Positions 9,659-18,426 of a stretch of DNA of 37,005 nt are shown here, in pieces. This stretch comes from Thermoplasmatota archaeon (lineage in GTDB: Archaea; Thermoplasmatota; E2; DHVEG-1), in NCBI GenBank assembly GCA_041650455.1, contig JBAZLE010000002.1, positions 1 to 37,005 of the forward strand. The letters are read 5' to 3'. Each line of letters starts with the position of its first letter. Position 1 is the first letter of the stretch. The notes beneath the pieces were generated by a model. That model did not search any database and was not told the origin of the DNA. It saw nothing but the letters and a program-made list of their open reading frames with translations. Made by a program: the position numbers and the translations under genes.

Positions 9659-9677
9659 TTTTTTTTATTTTTTTTTT
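9659..9677 (+). terminator. oligo-T tract (T8 A T10), probable archaeal terminator
   Basis: The tract lies immediately downstream of the stop at 9646. Archaeal RNA polymerase terminates at oligo-T. Confidence 0.4.
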
Positions 9678-9777
9678 ATTCTTCTGAAACAAAACGTGCT
9701 AATTTCTTTCCTAATGACCAAAAAAGAAGTCGATATTTTTAAATAAATATTTTTTTATTAAACAAACAGGGAAAAAT

Positions 9778-11778
9778 ATGGGGAAAAGAAAACTTTCTGC
9801 ACTACAAAACAGAGAATGTGTTAGTAGGTACCAAATACTCTTCGTAATCTTGGTTCTCTTCCTGCTGATAATAACACCAGCATCCCATGCAAAAACAATC
9901 GAGAATGTTCCTTCTGTCTTGGAACAGCTTTGCTACGGAAATTGGACTCAGCATGGTAAACTGATGGCGTCAGACCCTGATGTGCTGAGTTTCTTTGGTC
10001 TCGCTCTCTGCATGGATGGAGACTGGGCGGTCATCGGCGCACATGGGAACGATGATAAGGGCATGTTTTCTGGCGCAGCCTATGTGTTCAAAAAAACCGG
10101 GACCACATGGACTGAAGAACAGAAACTTCTCGCTTCTGATGGAGAGGCAGATGATCTGTTCGGTTTATCCGTCTTCCTGGATGGTGAGTATGCAATTATC
10201 GGAAAGCCAGATACGAACAGCCCAGGTGCCGCCTATATTTTTAAAAATACTGATGGCGCATGGGCAGAGGAGCAGATTCTTTCTGCATCAGATGGTGAAA
10301 CATGGGATGAATTTGGCTATGCGGTCTGCGTAGATGGGGACTATGCTCTCGTTGGAGCACAGTATGACGATGATATCGGCTCTGCGTATATCTTCAAACG
10401 AGAAGGAACCATATGGACTGAGGAAGTAAAACTCATTCCATCCGAAGGTGAACTTTATGATAACTTCGGATCATCAGTTGCGCTTCACGATGACTATGCG
10501 GTGGTAGGGGCTTTGAATCATGATAACAGTACTGGTGCGATCTATATCTTCAAACGAGACGGTTCCACTTGGATTGAGGAGGCAATAGTGACAGGTTCAG
10601 ACAGTCAAGTCCAGGATCGGTTCGGTCTTTCGGTTGCAATTCAGGCTGATCGGGTAGTCGCTGGAGCACGCCTGTGTAATAATGATTTCAAGGGAGCTGT
10701 TTATATCTTCAAAAAAGAAGACGGAACCTGGATGGAGGAACAAAAACTCATTCCCTCGGACAGTACAGAAGCCCAATGTTTTGGTCAAGCTGTTGCTATT
10801 GATGGCGACTGCATCTTTGTAGGGGCACCTGGTGACGATGGGAATACCGGCTCTGCCTATGTGTTCGCCTACGAGGAGGATACTTGGAGGGAGGTCCAAA
10901 AATTGAAAGCATCAGACTCAGCAACGATGGATGAATTTGGGTGCGCTATTTCCTTTCAGGGGAATACTGCGATAATCGGAAAATATGCTGAGGATGATTT
11001 TACCGGCTCCGCGTATGTTTTCAGTACCGAGGCCGGAGGAGATGACTTTTCCATCGTCCTCTTTGGGGGGATTGGTTTTACCGCAGTGATCTATAATAAT
11101 GGTACAAGTGATGCAACGGACGTCGCAGTCACGCTCCATGTGGAAGGCGGTATTTTAAAGCGAATCAATAAGACCGTCACCGATACCGTAGACATCCCTG
11201 CTCGTGGAATCGCCAATATTTCAACTGGGTTGTTCCTCGGTCTTGGGCGTGTCACGGTAACAGCCAGTGCAAATGCAACAAAAAAAGTTGTACAAGGGTT
11301 ACAGATTGTTTTTCTCTCAAAGAGTTTTGACAATACAACTTGGACCAGGAGCATAGAAAGGAAATCCGGAGCAGGAGTATCAGCGACCAATTATGATATC
11401 GCACAGGAACACACGGTCTCAACAACCATCATTGAGCCTGAAGAAGACAACATAGGTCCTGCAGGGTTGAAAACCATTTATATGAAAGCGGATTGCCAAA
11501 AATTTATCGTATATCGACCTGTAGTGTGGCTCGTACATATTGGTCCTTTCTGGTTTATGTCCGAATATGCGTATCTCGCTTTGATTATCGATAAACCATT
11601 CACGTTGAAACTTGATGGTGAGGAACAAAATGTTGATGTCCCCGCCATGGTTGTTCCGTACCGGTTCATCGGTTTCGGCCCTTTTATCTGGATCCGAAAC
11701 GTAACCAGGCCTGTAGATGGAAATGTCACCCTCATCGGTTGGTGTGAGGATGTTGTGATTCACCCTTTGGAGTCATAG
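9778..11778 (+). CDS. secreted FG-GAP-like repeat beta-propeller protein with C-terminal CARDB-like domain
   Basis: 666 aa with a signal peptide ending ..TPASHA. There are about 8 tandem units of about 55 aa with the pattern FG.SV...GDYA.(I/V)GA..DD...GSAY(I/V)FK..G..W.EEQKL..SD. A domain IYNNGTSDATDVAVTLHVEGGIL.. and a hydrophobic C-terminal region follow. Confidence 0.6.
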   Translation: MGKRKLSALQNRECVSRYQILFVILVLFLLIITPASHAKTIENVPSVLEQLCYGNWTQHGKLMASDPDVLSFFGLALCMDGDWAVIGAHGNDDKGMFSGAAYVFKKTGTTWTEEQKLLASDGEADDLFGLSVFLDGEYAIIGKPDTNSPGAAYIFKNTDGAWAEEQILSASDGETWDEFGYAVCVDGDYALVGAQYDDDIGSAYIFKREGTIWTEEVKLIPSEGELYDNFGSSVALHDDYAVVGALNHDNSTGAIYIFKRDGSTWIEEAIVTGSDSQVQDRFGLSVAIQADRVVAGARLCNNDFKGAVYIFKKEDGTWMEEQKLIPSDSTEAQCFGQAVAIDGDCIFVGAPGDDGNTGSAYVFAYEEDTWREVQKLKASDSATMDEFGCAISFQGNTAIIGKYAEDDFTGSAYVFSTEAGGDDFSIVLFGGIGFTAVIYNNGTSDATDVAVTLHVEGGILKRINKTVTDTVDIPARGIANISTGLFLGLGRVTVTASANATKKVVQGLQIVFLSKSFDNTTWTRSIERKSGAGVSATNYDIAQEHTVSTTIIEPEEDNIGPAGLKTIYMKADCQKFIVYRPVVWLVHIGPFWFMSEYAYLALIIDKPFTLKLDGEEQNVDVPAMVVPYRFIGFGPFIWIRNVTRPVDGNVTLIGWCEDVVIHPLES

Positions 11779-12142
11779 TACCAATCGAGTAAAAAGGAAA
11801 AAAGGAAATCACGGGAGAGACTGGATATGCAGTACCGTCGAAGATACTTACTTGGATGGAAGAACGATTGATCAGGAGTATGTCGATTTTCTTGTTTTGA
11901 AAGGGTGTCTTGGAAAAACAACGGAGAAAGACAGAGTTCTGTGTACCACGACACCCCGCTGCGAACGGAGAGGAAGCCCGTGTATGAAATTGTATCTTTG
12001 GCTATTTGAGAACAGTCCAGAGTGTAGATTGTGAGTGGAGAGGCGTTTTCTTTCTGTAACCGTGGTCTTATACAGATATTCCATAAATATTATATATTGT
12101 AACAAGATACATCAATTATCCTTTAGTTCAGGATGTGGTAGG

Positions 12143-13153
12143 ATGATGCGAAAAGTTTTTTTACAAAAGGGTATCGGCATGGGTGTCGCCCTGTCGTTCG
12201 TGCTGCTTATCTTCACGGTTTTACTCCCGTCGGCTTCTGCGGTACAGCTTTCTGCAGGAACCCCAGATGATACGTCAGTTGAGGTCGGGACAACAATTAT
12301 ATTTGAAGATGTCAGCCTCACCATACGAAGCGCCGAGGCGATCCCGGTTCAGTACCTTACTTTTATGATTTTTAATAGTACGAATCATCATAAAGTAGCC
12401 AAAGTGCGTTTCTCGCTGGAGGGATCCGAGATTTCCGAGACTCCGAAGAACGCATTCAGCGTGGTGAATGTGACAAATACGTCAAATCTTCCGTTTCAAA
12501 GTCATGGACGCTATTTTGGGTATGATGAGAGGACAGGACATAACGTCACTGGGTTTCATCATGGTGTCGGATATGGATATGGGTATGGATATGGAACGGG
12601 TGATGTAATAATTCAGTACACTCTTACCTATAAAGCGTGCAAACCAGGGACGTTTTATGCGAAGCTCTTTGTAAAAACCAAAAAGTATACCTATGCTTCT
12701 GAGAAAACAACACCGTTTTCCGTGGTACCAAACCCCCCTCTATCGATTTTTGTTGACTTCAAACCTGGGTATTGGCCTAATCAACTCACCCGTCGAGACC
12801 ATGGATGTGTATCCATCGCTGTTTGTGGAACGGACACATTCGATGTCCATACCATACATCCAAAGACCCTGGCCCTTTCACTCAACGGAGGAAAGAATCT
12901 GCTGAAACCTCTTTGTTGGAAATATCAAGATGTGGCGACACCCTGGCGTGGCTCCGATGGTGGCGGTCATGCTCTCAAGGAAGATGGGTACACGGACCTT
13001 GTCCTGAAGTTCCGGGTTGAACAAGTCATCTGTGTGTTAAAACTGTTCAAACATCGTGGGGAAACACTTCGACTGACCCTTACGGGCACCTTGAAAAAAA
13101 CAGAGCATTGCTACCCTGTGAATGGACATGATTATATCCAGATGGCTTCATAG
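12143..13153 (+). CDS. secreted protein of unknown function
   Basis: The ORF track begins at 12035 (GTG). The ATG at 12143 gives MMRKVFLQKGIGMGVALSFVLLIFTVLLPSASA, a good signal peptide. The protein contains a GYGYGYGYG stretch. Confidence 0.5.
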   Translation: MMRKVFLQKGIGMGVALSFVLLIFTVLLPSASAVQLSAGTPDDTSVEVGTTIIFEDVSLTIRSAEAIPVQYLTFMIFNSTNHHKVAKVRFSLEGSEISETPKNAFSVVNVTNTSNLPFQSHGRYFGYDERTGHNVTGFHHGVGYGYGYGYGTGDVIIQYTLTYKACKPGTFYAKLFVKTKKYTYASEKTTPFSVVPNPPLSIFVDFKPGYWPNQLTRRDHGCVSIAVCGTDTFDVHTIHPKTLALSLNGGKNLLKPLCWKYQDVATPWRGSDGGGHALKEDGYTDLVLKFRVEQVICVLKLFKHRGETLRLTLTGTLKKTEHCYPVNGHDYIQMAS

Positions 13154-13357
13154 AAGGAAAACAGAAAAAAGAAGACGCACCACAGGATGTTTTTACGTTT
13201 TGACATTCTCTCAACAAAAATTTATATCAGATTATACAGACAATAAATAATATCATGCTTTTTAGAGCATCGAGGAGGAAAGAGCATTATTATCACTGGG
13301 TATGAGATAACAACTCGGATTATTAACAGGGTCATCGCTGAACAGAAAGAATATCGA

Positions 13358-13732
13358 ATGGTTACCAAACCTGCACCACCTGAAATAAAAGATGGTGTGA
13401 CGATTTATGACACCTACCGAAGGGAACGAATCCCTCTCAAAAAAGAATTGGTGACGTCATTAGAGAAATGTCGGGATTATATTAATAAGAAATATCTAAA
13501 TGTAGAAGTAAAAACGACCCAAGTAGAGGATATTTTTCGGTATCTTTGTTCAGATCTGAACTGGAGGATTTTTATCAATAATAAAGAAGAATCTGATTTA
13601 CTGAATAAAGTAATCATAGAAGTAGTGACACCTATTGAAGAAATAACACATAGCAAGGGTGTCTATAATAAGATTATCGAAGAAATGGACAATCAATCTA
13701 GTTTCCCAAAATTACGTTCTCGTAAACCATAA
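13358..13732 (+). CDS. hypothetical protein (AT-rich island)
   Basis: 124-aa ORF with no recognisable motif. It is followed 12 nt later by the next ORF. Confidence 0.4.
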   Translation: MVTKPAPPEIKDGVTIYDTYRRERIPLKKELVTSLEKCRDYINKKYLNVEVKTTQVEDIFRYLCSDLNWRIFINNKEESDLLNKVIIEVVTPIEEITHSKGVYNKIIEEMDNQSSFPKLRSRKP

Positions 13733-13744
13733 TGGTGTGATTGT

Positions 13745-13960
13745 ATGCAGAAAAAGAAAATAAAAATAAAAAAAGAAACCTTCGACCGGTTAACGAAACA
13801 AGGGAAACTTGGGGATACGATAGACGATATACTCAATAGAATGTTAGATCATAGTAATCGTATCGAAACGAAGAAGATAACGACACGACAGACGACAAAC
13901 ACCACTATGAAACTCAATACCACCAACAAACAAAAATACAACCCCCCTCTTCTCAATTAA
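13745..13960 (+). CDS. small putative ribbon-helix-helix-like DNA-binding protein
   Basis: 71 aa. The N terminus KIKIKKETFDRLTKQGKLGDTIDDILNRMLD has a strand-helix-turn-helix pattern like RHH/CopG proteins. GGTGTGA lies upstream as a possible RBS. The tail is Thr/Asn-rich. Confidence 0.4.
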   Translation: MQKKKIKIKKETFDRLTKQGKLGDTIDDILNRMLDHSNRIETKKITTRQTTNTTMKLNTTNKQKYNPPLLN

Positions 13961-14019
13961 GAGACCTTATATCACAAGGAAGACTTTTTTTTATGAATCA
14001 ACCGAAAAAAAAGAGGGAG

Positions 14020-14128
14020 TTATTCCTCAAGGACTATTTTTGCGCGTCCAATCTCTAGGTGATTCCCAACCATTTTGATATAACAATACTCATCTTTTCC
14101 TACGTTCAGGCCTTCTTCACCAAGATAG
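14020..14128. repeat. direct repeat copy A (109 bp, 104/109 identical to 14587-14695)
   Basis: Aligned by eye with no indels and 5 mismatches. It covers the stop codon plus the last about 35 codons of the gene. Confidence 0.85.
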
Positions 14129-14460
14129 GAGTATATCTTATCAGAAATACTGTCGCTTGGTACGATATCCGTAATCATCTGATGCAGCTGGAGGTGTTCG
14201 TTATCATCTGTTGCACTCTCCGCCATGGTAAGCAATTCAGATTCCGGATTCGATTCTGGTTCACCATCCTGTGGTGAGTCAACTGTGGGTTTTGTTTCTT
14301 TTTCTTTTTTACCCGTCATTGTTTTTTTCTCCACTTGTTGTTTTTTGACAATGTCTGCGCACGCTTGACAATATTTTTTTGTCTCTCCAGTCTCCTCATC
14401 ACGGAAAATAATTAACTTGCTGAGAGCAACTTTTTCTTTACATCGTTCGCAATTTATCAT
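14020..14460 (-). CDS. zinc-ribbon protein with acidic linker and conserved C-terminal domain
   Basis: 146 aa. The N terminus has CERCKEKV...CQAC (CxxC..CxxC). The C-terminal 50 aa are paralogous to the 58-aa ORF at 14587-14763. The promoter-like motif lies 35 nt upstream. Confidence 0.55.
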   Translation of the reverse strand: MINCERCKEKVALSKLIIFRDEETGETKKYCQACADIVKKQQVEKKTMTGKKEKETKPTVDSPQDGEPESNPESELLTMAESATDDNEHLQLHQMITDIVPSDSISDKIYSYLGEEGLNVGKDEYCYIKMVGNHLEIGRAKIVLEE

Positions 14461-14495
14461 AGGACCCCAAGTTATGATTTTGTAACAATTCTTTG

Positions 14496-14510
14496 TTTAA
14501 AAACATATCC
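14496..14510 (-). promoter_or_regulatory. promoter-like motif copy 1, TTTAAAAACATATCC (minus strand GGATATGTTTTTAAA, BRE/TATA-like)
   Basis: A perfect 15-mer that ends 35 nt upstream of the ATG at 14460. Confidence 0.55.
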
Positions 14511-14586
14511 TCACAAACGCAGGTGATGCATGCATGGACATGGTTTTTCTCCTCATAGGTTTTAATGAATCAACCGATAGACTGGG

Positions 14587-14695
14587 TTATTCCTCCAGGA
14601 CTATTTTTGCACGGCCAATCTCCAGGTGATTCCCAACCATTTTGATATAACAATACTCATCTTTTCCTACGTTCAGGCCTTCCTCACCAAGATAG
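14587..14695. repeat. direct repeat copy B (109 bp)
   Basis: See copy A. The + strand shadow ORFs 14059-14277 and 14626-14835 share the same first 19 residues, which reflects this repeat. Confidence 0.85.
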
Positions 14696-14763
14696 AAATT
14701 TATTTTATCAACGATATTATCACTTGGTACGATATCAGTGATTGTTTCTGTTTTCATATTCAT
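14587..14763 (-). CDS. small protein (58 aa), stand-alone paralog of the C-terminal domain of 14020-14460
   Basis: This ORF is not in the ORF track because it is under 60 aa. My translation is MNMKTETITDIVPSDNIVDKINFYLGEEGLNVGKDEYCYIKMVGNHLEIGRAKIVLEE. It has its own copy of the promoter-like motif 33 nt upstream. Confidence 0.55.
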   Translation of the reverse strand: MNMKTETITDIVPSDNIVDKINFYLGEEGLNVGKDEYCYIKMVGNHLEIGRAKIVLEE

Positions 14764-14796
14764 ACCTTCGATTTGCTATTGGCAATTCTTTTCATC

Positions 14797-14811
14797 TTTA
14801 AAAACATATCC
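14797..14811 (-). promoter_or_regulatory. promoter-like motif copy 2, TTTAAAAACATATCC
   Basis: A perfect 15-mer, 33 nt upstream of the ATG at 14763. Confidence 0.55.
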
Positions 14812-14885
14812 CTCAAAAACACAAATCAATGTTGATGATTGTTGTCGTAGGAAGATTGGTTATTACACTAGGAAAGCATTTTCCC

Positions 14886-15356
14886 TTATGATACAGGTCG
14901 ACAGGTGCTTCCTTTTTTTTCGAAATGATTGATATAAAACGCTCGATCTACAAATGTTTTCTTACATTGGTAGCATGTTACGCTGTAGGGATGGTTTTCA
15001 AGCCATTTCTTCGGAGGGTTAGATCCAGGGTAATACCATCTGCTTCCTCCGTCAATTATTGTGATATTTCCTTCGTGTTCCTGTAAGGATACGGGTTCTC
15101 TCTTGACCGTCCTTTTCTTTTTTCTTTTCTTGCGACGGGGCACCTGCACCAGCATTATGTCTTCTAGTTCGGAGAGCGTGACGATTTGATCAATGTCGAT
15201 GTTCTGCAACTTCATCGTAGGTTTTTCGCGGTAAATGGTTATCTTGTCCCTCTGCACGTATTCTAACACACCAATGGCGGAGAGCACTTCCCCTTCGTGT
15301 TGATAGTTCACTTGTATGTATTTTCCTTTGAATCGGTTGATACTTGCGAGTTTCAT
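14886..15356 (-). CDS. hypothetical protein with basic linker and C-terminal C2HC zinc-finger-like motif
   Basis: 156 aa. It contains the basic run RRKKRKKKRTVKR. The C terminus CYQCKKTFVDRAFYINHFEKKGSTC fits a CxxC-x12-H-x7-C pattern. Confidence 0.45.
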   Translation of the reverse strand: MKLASINRFKGKYIQVNYQHEGEVLSAIGVLEYVQRDKITIYREKPTMKLQNIDIDQIVTLSELEDIMLVQVPRRKKRKKKRTVKREPVSLQEHEGNITIIDGGSRWYYPGSNPPKKWLENHPYSVTCYQCKKTFVDRAFYINHFEKKGSTCRPVS

Positions 15357-15453
15357 CTTCCCACCTCTCTTCTGCGTTGCCTATTCAGGCGTCGCTTCCC
15401 TTTTTTTATGAGTTAAAAGAAATGAATGATGAAGCTTCATGGCTTTCTGTGTC

Positions 15454-16197
15454 TTATGTGACGTTGAACGTGCTGTCAGGAATATCTGCAAAGGAGTAAT
15501 TATTGAACACAAAGTCCATCGTCATCGAAATCTCTTCCATGGTCATGTCGATGTGTGCTTTTAACGGGAGTCCTTTTTCATTCCAGATCCAGACTTGCAT
15601 TGTCATGAGGTTCTCCCCTATCACGGGCAGGGTGTATTCAATGACAGTTGCTTTTTTCCCATCAATAATATCTGTTTCAAAATCTGTTATGGATTGGTTG
15701 TTCAGAAGATCTTTAATTGTTTTACTATCTAAGTATTGTAAGGAGGTTGCATAGGAGGAGACCTCTGTTGACAAGACGTATTTCCCTTGTGCGGCATCAT
15801 AGACGTACGTCCCTTCAGGACGTTGAATGATGATGATGGTGTTGGTTATGCCCATCATGGTGCTGATGATTTGTTCTTTGAGATAAGGTTTTTCTTGCCA
15901 GATAGTCATCGTCGCAATCTGTGTCCCATACTGCGGCATGGTGATAGTCAGATCAATATCATACGACAGTGATTCGATGGTTTCTGCTTTTTCAAGGATT
16001 GTTTTTAATGATTCTGCGGTAGGCGGCGTTGTGGTAATCTCTGTTTCATCCACTGATGCGTTTTGTTGTGTATAGGCAATGACTCCAACGATTATCAATA
16101 TCGTTGCTACCAATATTCCAGTACCACAAATGATCATTTTTTGTTTCTCCATTTTTTCTAACTCCTTTGACCCGTTTCTTCTTTTCTTAATAATCAT
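15454..16197 (-). CDS. membrane-anchored LolA-like (lipoprotein-sorting-fold) protein
   Basis: 247 aa with an N-terminal TM anchor (MIICGTGILVATILIIVGVIAY). The body pattern ..TIWQEKPYLKEQ..GTYVYDAAQGKYV..IDGKKATVIEYT..VWIWNEKGLPLKA..FADIPDSTFNV resembles LolA-like / DUF4367-type proteins. Confidence 0.5.
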   Translation of the reverse strand: MIIKKRRNGSKELEKMEKQKMIICGTGILVATILIIVGVIAYTQQNASVDETEITTTPPTAESLKTILEKAETIESLSYDIDLTITMPQYGTQIATMTIWQEKPYLKEQIISTMMGITNTIIIIQRPEGTYVYDAAQGKYVLSTEVSSYATSLQYLDSKTIKDLLNNQSITDFETDIIDGKKATVIEYTLPVIGENLMTMQVWIWNEKGLPLKAHIDMTMEEISMTMDFVFNNYSFADIPDSTFNVT

Positions 16198-16299
16198 TCA
16201 TAAATGTTCTCTGTCGGAATGTCAAAATGAAAAAAAAAACAATACAGAGATGCTCCTCTGTTACTTTCCACCTGTACAACCTACGATCCATGGGTTTTT

Positions 16300-16941
16300 T
16301 TACCAGTAGACCGTAAATGATTCAACAGTATACCCCGGGGCTGCTGCGTAGGGCATCCCCCATGTGGGGATGACACAATCCCTCCAGTAGTTTTTTCCTA
16401 TTTGTAAATTCACTTTTTCATCGGTTTGCGGCTCAAAGAAATTTAATCCTCTATCTGTTGTTTCAAAGGCAATTAATGCATGGGTCTGGTTGCTGTCACT
16501 GAAAGTGACCTTCACATAGGCGCATCGTATCCCTTCTTTTTCAGCGTTGTTGTTTACTTCTTGCGCGTAATATGCAGAGTTAAACGTGGTTTCGTTAAAG
16601 GGTGTTAAATCGGTAGTGTCATTTGTGAGGAAGTCCCGCGCCTCCCAATAGAGCGGATCATGGACGGTATATGTTGTTGCTGATTGTCGTAATGCGAACT
16701 CATCGAGGGTGTTATTGAGCTCCTCTAGGCGTTGTAGGATCTGATCCCGTAGCTGTGTCCATTCCGTGTTTAAGGTGTCCAGGAGGTGCTGTTGTTCCTC
16801 TAACTCTGTTTGTAATGGTGTTGTTTGCTCAGTCAAAATCGAATTCGATTGTAATGTGCTGTAGATAAGATATCCAGTGATGGGTACTACTGCTAGAAGA
16901 ACAATGAAACCCACGATCACAATTTTTTTTTCGTTTCTCAT
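16300..16941 (-). CDS. TM + coiled-coil + conserved extracytoplasmic C-terminal domain protein (paralog of 16950-17843)
   Basis: 213 aa. The TM segment is IVIVGFIVLLAVVPITGYLIY and is followed by a coiled coil. The C-terminal domain (YTVHDPLYWEARDFLTNDT..GIRCAYVKV..FFEPQTDEKV..IG..Y..DCV) aligns with the upstream gene. The gap to that gene is 8 nt. Confidence 0.6.
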   Translation of the reverse strand: MRNEKKIVIVGFIVLLAVVPITGYLIYSTLQSNSILTEQTTPLQTELEEQQHLLDTLNTEWTQLRDQILQRLEELNNTLDEFALRQSATTYTVHDPLYWEARDFLTNDTTDLTPFNETTFNSAYYAQEVNNNAEKEGIRCAYVKVTFSDSNQTHALIAFETTDRGLNFFEPQTDEKVNLQIGKNYWRDCVIPTWGMPYAAAPGYTVESFTVYW

Positions 16942-16949
16942 TCCTCACC

Positions 16950-17843
16950 TTACCAAATCTCGACGATGCTGGTGATGGTATCATCAAACAGGGAGGAGTA
17001 AGGGGTTCCCTGCACACAGTCACTGTATTGATGCCCGATGACAGGGAACACTTGATAGTCGGTCGTTGGTTCAAAATACACCATTCCTTCATCAACGGTA
17101 TTAAATCCTATCAGTTCATATTCACCATTGGATGAGGAGATAATTTGAACGACGACATACGCACATTGCATGCCTTGTTCTTTCGCGTGACGTAATTCTA
17201 ATGTTATATTGACATTGGTATCATTGGCGATGAATTGAACCACGTCACGAAATATTGGGTCATGTAATTGATACATGTCCCCTGGTGTTTCAAGATTCAC
17301 CGAGGAGAGAAGTTCGAGGATCTCCGCATTGATTTGTTCTAAATGTGGACGACTGGTGTTAATGGACGAAGAGACGTTCATGATCTGTGTTTTTGTCATG
17401 GCTATTTCTTGTTCCAATGCGGTTTTCTCAGTAAGAAGCCCAGCATGAGTCTGTTGCACTACAAGGGTAGCACTGACGGATGTGATCATCAATAAAACCA
17501 CAACAACAATTAACGATATCGTGATTCGAAACGAATGTTTTTTACCTGGGGTGCTTTGTTCCTTGGTTGATTCAGAGGGTTTTTTTTCTTCTGGTTTCCG
17601 TATTCGTTCCGCTTGGATGGGCGGTGGAGGATGGTGTGTCTGTGGGTTTGGAGGAGTTGTGTTTATGCGTTGTTTCTCGGTTGGTTTCTCGGAAAAAGCA
17701 GGGCATTGATGATATTCTGGGAAGATATGATCGATACAAAAAATTTCCTTGCAGTGATTGCAGGTATACGCAAGAAAACGCGGTCGTTCTTTTCGGCAAT
17801 AATGACAGTATATCCGTGGTATACTTCCCACTCTCCTATGCAT
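16950..17843 (-). CDS. AN1-type zinc finger / Pro-rich linker / TM / coiled-coil / conserved C-terminal domain protein
   Basis: 297 aa. Residues 13-47, CHYCRKERPRFLAYTCNHCKEIFCIDHIFPEYHQC, fit the AN1 consensus C-x2-C-x11-C-x2-C-x4-C-x2-H-x5-H-x-C exactly (coded at 17703-17807). A PPNPQTHHPPPP linker, the TM segment ISLIVVVVLLMITSVSATLVV and a C-terminal domain paralogous to 16300-16941 follow. Confidence 0.65.
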   Translation of the reverse strand: MHRRVGSIPRIYCHYCRKERPRFLAYTCNHCKEIFCIDHIFPEYHQCPAFSEKPTEKQRINTTPPNPQTHHPPPPIQAERIRKPEEKKPSESTKEQSTPGKKHSFRITISLIVVVVLLMITSVSATLVVQQTHAGLLTEKTALEQEIAMTKTQIMNVSSSINTSRPHLEQINAEILELLSSVNLETPGDMYQLHDPIFRDVVQFIANDTNVNITLELRHAKEQGMQCAYVVVQIISSSNGEYELIGFNTVDEGMVYFEPTTDYQVFPVIGHQYSDCVQGTPYSSLFDDTITSIVEIW

Positions 17844-18058
17844 ATCTCTGTTGGTACTGGTTTATTAACGTTCTTTGGAAAATTGTCAAAGAGGCAATAT
17901 GCTTTCTCAGGAGGACTGCCTCTTGGAATGGTTTTTGAAACCAATTCTTTGAAAGCATTGGCTCTGGAGTCGTGTTGTCATTTGGGTTCGAAGGATCTTT
18001 TGTTCTCCAATCGATTTGTTTATTAAGGAACGGGAAATACCGGAATTCGAGGTTGTCT

Positions 18059-18190
18059 ATGGTGACCTGTCCGTTTTGTGACGCGGTGTATGAGTCTGAG
18101 GAAATAACCGTTGAAGAGATCGGTGATGAGTTTGTCGTGTATTCGTGTCCGAGATGTACGAAGATCTTGAATGTGTCCTATGTTCCTTGA
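18059..18190 (+). CDS. tiny zinc-ribbon protein (43 aa)
   Basis: The ATG at 18059 lies within the ORF-track entry 17972-18190. The product is MVTCPFCDAVYESEEITVEEIGDEFVVYSCPRCTKILNVSYVP (CxxC..CxxC). A TATA-like TTTATTAAGG lies 31-40 nt upstream. Confidence 0.45.
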   Translation: MVTCPFCDAVYESEEITVEEIGDEFVVYSCPRCTKILNVSYVP

Positions 18191-18273
18191 TGGGAACTCC
18201 CTCCTGATTTTTTTCTGCCTGTCTTTGAAAAAGAACAAAATTATAATATGAGAAGCTAGTTACGACTCAGCAT

Positions 18274-18426
18274 ATGACCGAAGGATTATGGCGTTGTTTG
18301 GGGGAATGTAAAAAATATTTCATTGTAAACATACATGTCAAAGAAGGGACCATTATTTGTCCAACGTGTGGGTCTGATAAATTTGAAATAATCCCTATCC
18401 CTGAACGGGCTTGTGACGATAAATAA
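18274..18426 (+). CDS. tiny zinc-ribbon protein (50 aa)
   Basis: Not in the ORF track. The product is MTEGLWRCLGECKKYFIVNIHVKEGTIICPTCGSDKFEIIPIPERACDDK (CxxxC..CxxC). An AATTATAATA box lies about 30 nt upstream. Confidence 0.45.
   Translation: MTEGLWRCLGECKKYFIVNIHVKEGTIICPTCGSDKFEIIPIPERACDDK

Noticed and set aside
11852-12105. 60-aa (+) and 77-aa (-) ORFs in the 364-bp gap between 11778 and 12143. The gap was also inspected for an RNA gene.
   Set aside because: The two ORFs overlap each other and have no motifs. I could not fold any convincing tRNA-like or C/D-box structure. The gap is left unannotated.
12569-12595. A GGATATGGATATGGGTATGGATATGGA microsatellite-like repeat.
   Set aside because: It lies in frame within the 12143-13153 gene and simply encodes GYGYGYGYG. 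It is too short to be a CRISPR array or a meaningful tandem array.
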